Below are positions 30,286 through 32,628 of a stretch of DNA of 32,628 nucleotides, one piece after another. The number at the start of each line of letters is the position of its first letter. The first letter of the stretch is position 1. The position numbers were made by a program, and so were the translations under genes. Source of the DNA: Bacteroidales bacterium (lineage in GTDB: Bacteria; Bacteroidota; Bacteroidia; Bacteroidales; JAADGE01); the NCBI GenBank assembly GCA_024762915.1, contig JANTGL010000003.1:1-32628 (forward strand). The letters are read 5' to 3'. Under the pieces are notes generated by a model that saw only the letters and a program-made list of their open reading frames with translations, was not told the origin of the DNA and made no database searches.

Positions 30286-32352
30286 GTGCTCATGTCTGAT
30301 AAACCTGTTAATCCGATTGAAAATAATTCTGAATCAGTAAATGATAAAAATGAATTGTCAACTGCTGACAAAATTCATCAAAAAATTCATGATTTAAAGA
30401 ATAATTCTAAAGATGAAAAATCTGAGATACCTGTTCCGCTTGAAGAGGGTGAAGTTTCTGATAATATTGATGATATTGAAACAATAAAAGAACCTTCCGA
30501 AGAGAATTCCGGTGACAATGAAACTGAAGAAATTCAGGAAGAAAATTCTGAAACAAAGGAAGATACAATTCCGGTTATCGATAAAAAATTAGTGATACCT
30601 AAAGAAATTCCGGAAGAAAAAGAAGTTGTTACAGAGGACTATTCTCTTTATTCAAAAGAAGAATTAAGTGAAAAATTGAATGATTTATTGAAAACAGATT
30701 ATAAAGCATCTTTTGAAAAAGCAATTCGGAAAATAAAAGAATCATATAATAAACTTACCGAACAAGATACACAAGAAAAGAAAGCTTCATTTATTGATGA
30801 CGGAGGAAAAGAAGAAGATTTTGAACCTGTTAAAGATGAAACGGATATTAAATTTAAAGAATTATATCAACGATTTCTTGATAAAAAAGAAACTTTTGAA
30901 ATAAGATTAAATGAAGAAAAAAAGAAAAATCTTGAATTAAAATATCAAGTAATTGAAGAAATAAAAGAACTTGTTAATAAACCTGAAACTTTTACCAAAA
31001 CATTTAATAAATTCAAAAACCTGCAAAAAAAATGGAATGAAATCGGTTTAGTGCCTAAAAATGATGTCAAAGCATTATTTGATGAATACAATAAAAATAT
31101 TCAAAAATTTTATGAATATGTTGAAGTAAATAAAGAACTCAGAGACTTAGATTTTAAGAAAAATTATGAAATAAAAATTTCTTTATGTGAGAAAGCCGAG
31201 GAATTACTGTTGGAAACGAATTCGAACAAAGCTAAAAAGGAGCTTCAAATGCTTCATAAAAAATGGAAAGAAACAGGAGCCGTTTCGAACGAAGTTCGTG
31301 ATGAATTATGGTCAAGATTTCAGAATACAACAATAAAAATTAATGAAAGATACAGCGGATATCTTGAAGAAATTAAAGAACAACAAGAAAAAAACCTGGA
31401 ATCGAAACAGTTTTTAGTTGAAAAAGCTGAAGAGTTGGCCGGTAAAGAATATGAAACACATATTGAATGGAAAAATGCTTCAGATAAGGTAATTGAAATT
31501 CAAAAACTTTGGAAGAAAATCGGTTATGTTCCGAAAGAATTTAATAATAAAATTTATTCTCAATTTAAAATTGCTTGTGATACTTTTTTTGAACGTATTC
31601 GTAAATATTATGAAGAAACAGAAAAAGATCGTGAAGATAATTATCAAAAGAAATTAGATTTATGCACCCGTGCTGAAAGTCTTCAGGATTCAACTGAGTG
31701 GGTGAAAACAGCAGATATTTATAAACATATTCAGGAAGAATGGAAAAAAATAGGTCCCGTTCCGAAAAAGAAATCCGATGAAATCTGGAAACGATTCAGA
31801 AAAGCTTGTAATAATTTCTTCGACAGAAAAAAAGAATATTATAAAAACAGAAAAGCAAACGAAAAAGAAAATTTCATTAAAAAACAAGAAATTATTGAGA
31901 AAATAAAAAATTATGAACTCTCAAAAGATCAAAATGAAAGTTTAAAACATTTGAAAGAATTTCAAAATGAATTCATTTCAATAGGATATGTTCCTTTTGA
32001 ACATAAAGATGAGATTTATGAGCAATTTCATTCTGCCGTAAATACTCAATATGAAAAACTGAATATCAGCAAAGAGAAATTAGAAGAGATAAAATTTTCG
32101 GAAAATATTAAAGCTTTAAAGCAATCACCGGATTCTGATTTTTTAATTCAGAAAGAAATGGGTAAAGTTCAAAATCAAATTGATAAACTTAATGATGATA
32201 TTAAAGTTTGGGAAAATAATATCGGTTTCTTTTCAAGTTCTTCTAAATCAGAATCTTTATTGAAGAATGTTATTGAAAAAATTGACAAAGCAAAAGCCAA
32301 GGTTGTCTCATTGAAAAATAAGATGATTGAATTGGAAAAAACACAAGAATAA
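30286..32352 (+). CDS. DUF349 repeat protein
   Basis: Acidic disordered N-terminus; five repeats ([60 protein letters not shown]); [11 protein letters not shown] 30292 is an alternative start. Confidence 0.9.
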   Translation: MLMSDKPVNPIENNSESVNDKNELSTADKIHQKIHDLKNNSKDEKSEIPVPLEEGEVSDNIDDIETIKEPSEENSGDNETEEIQEENSETKEDTIPVIDKKLVIPKEIPEEKEVVTEDYSLYSKEELSEKLNDLLKTDYKASFEKAIRKIKESYNKLTEQDTQEKKASFIDDGGKEEDFEPVKDETDIKFKELYQRFLDKKETFEIRLNEEKKKNLELKYQVIEEIKELVNKPETFTKTFNKFKNLQKKWNEIGLVPKNDVKALFDEYNKNIQKFYEYVEVNKELRDLDFKKNYEIKISLCEKAEELLLETNSNKAKKELQMLHKKWKETGAVSNEVRDELWSRFQNTTIKINERYSGYLEEIKEQQEKNLESKQFLVEKAEELAGKEYETHIEWKNASDKVIEIQKLWKKIGYVPKEFNNKIYSQFKIACDTFFERIRKYYEETEKDREDNYQKKLDLCTRAESLQDSTEWVKTADIYKHIQEEWKKIGPVPKKKSDEIWKRFRKACNNFFDRKKEYYKNRKANEKENFIKKQEIIEKIKNYELSKDQNESLKHLKEFQNEFISIGYVPFEHKDEIYEQFHSAVNTQYEKLNISKEKLEEIKFSENIKALKQSPDSDFLIQKEMGKVQNQIDKLNDDIKVWENNIGFFSSSSKSESLLKNVIEKIDKAKAKVVSLKNKMIELEKTQE

Positions 32353-32362
32353 AGGAAATCTT

Positions 32363-32628
32363 TTGAAAAATACGAAATATATATTTATTACGGGCGGTGT
32401 AACTTCTTCTTTGGGTAAAGGAATTATATCTTCTTCATTAGCAAAACTTCTTCAGGAACGCGGATATTCGGTTACAATTCAAAAATTGGATCCTTATATT
32501 AATATTGATCCGGGAACTTTAAATCCGTACGAACACGGTGAATGTTACGTAACAAACGACGGTGCCGAAACTGATTTGGACTTGGGACATTACGAACGTT
32601 TTACGGATATAACAACATCTCAGGCAAA
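32363..32628 (+). CDS. pyrG: CTP synthase, 5' part (runs off the window; absent from the ORF track)
   Basis: TTG start; translates [62 protein letters not shown]. Confidence 0.96.
   Translation, partial: MKNTKYIFITGGVTSSLGKGIISSSLAKLLQERGYSVTIQKLDPYINIDPGTLNPYEHGECYVTNDGAETDLDLGHYERFTDITTSQA

Overview
AT-rich core-chromosome region of a Bacteroidota member, probably Bacteroidales. The assignment rests on TAnnTTTG -7 promoter boxes, A-rich SD-less starts, Gln at +1 of secreted proteins, LysS with a C-terminal extension, and the amidase-mlaD/lptD and phoH/DUF62-ABM gene pairs. There are 26 complete CDS plus a 5' fragment of pyrG. Most are housekeeping or envelope genes: a 7TM-HD phosphohydrolase, a 3'-5' exonuclease, pgi, lysS, an msbA-like ABC exporter, recN, phoH, dapA, ligA, mlaD, an amidase, an lptD-like gene, ccsA/ccsB and DUF349. 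I see no mobile element, tRNA/rRNA or CRISPR array. Five things deserve a second look: (1) an in-frame ABM-monooxygenase::MazG fusion coupled to an active-site-divergent DUF62 SAM-hydrolase homolog and divergent from phoH; (2) a sulfotransferase-GT2-MsbA cassette behind lysS; (3) a stand-alone OmpA gene with a tandem duplicated DUF4892-like domain, an 11-bp palindromic operator candidate and a canonical SD; (4) strong avoidance of CCA/TGG in favour of CCG/CGG; (5) an orphan System II cytochrome c maturation pair. All family assignments come from motif recognition by eye, not database searches.
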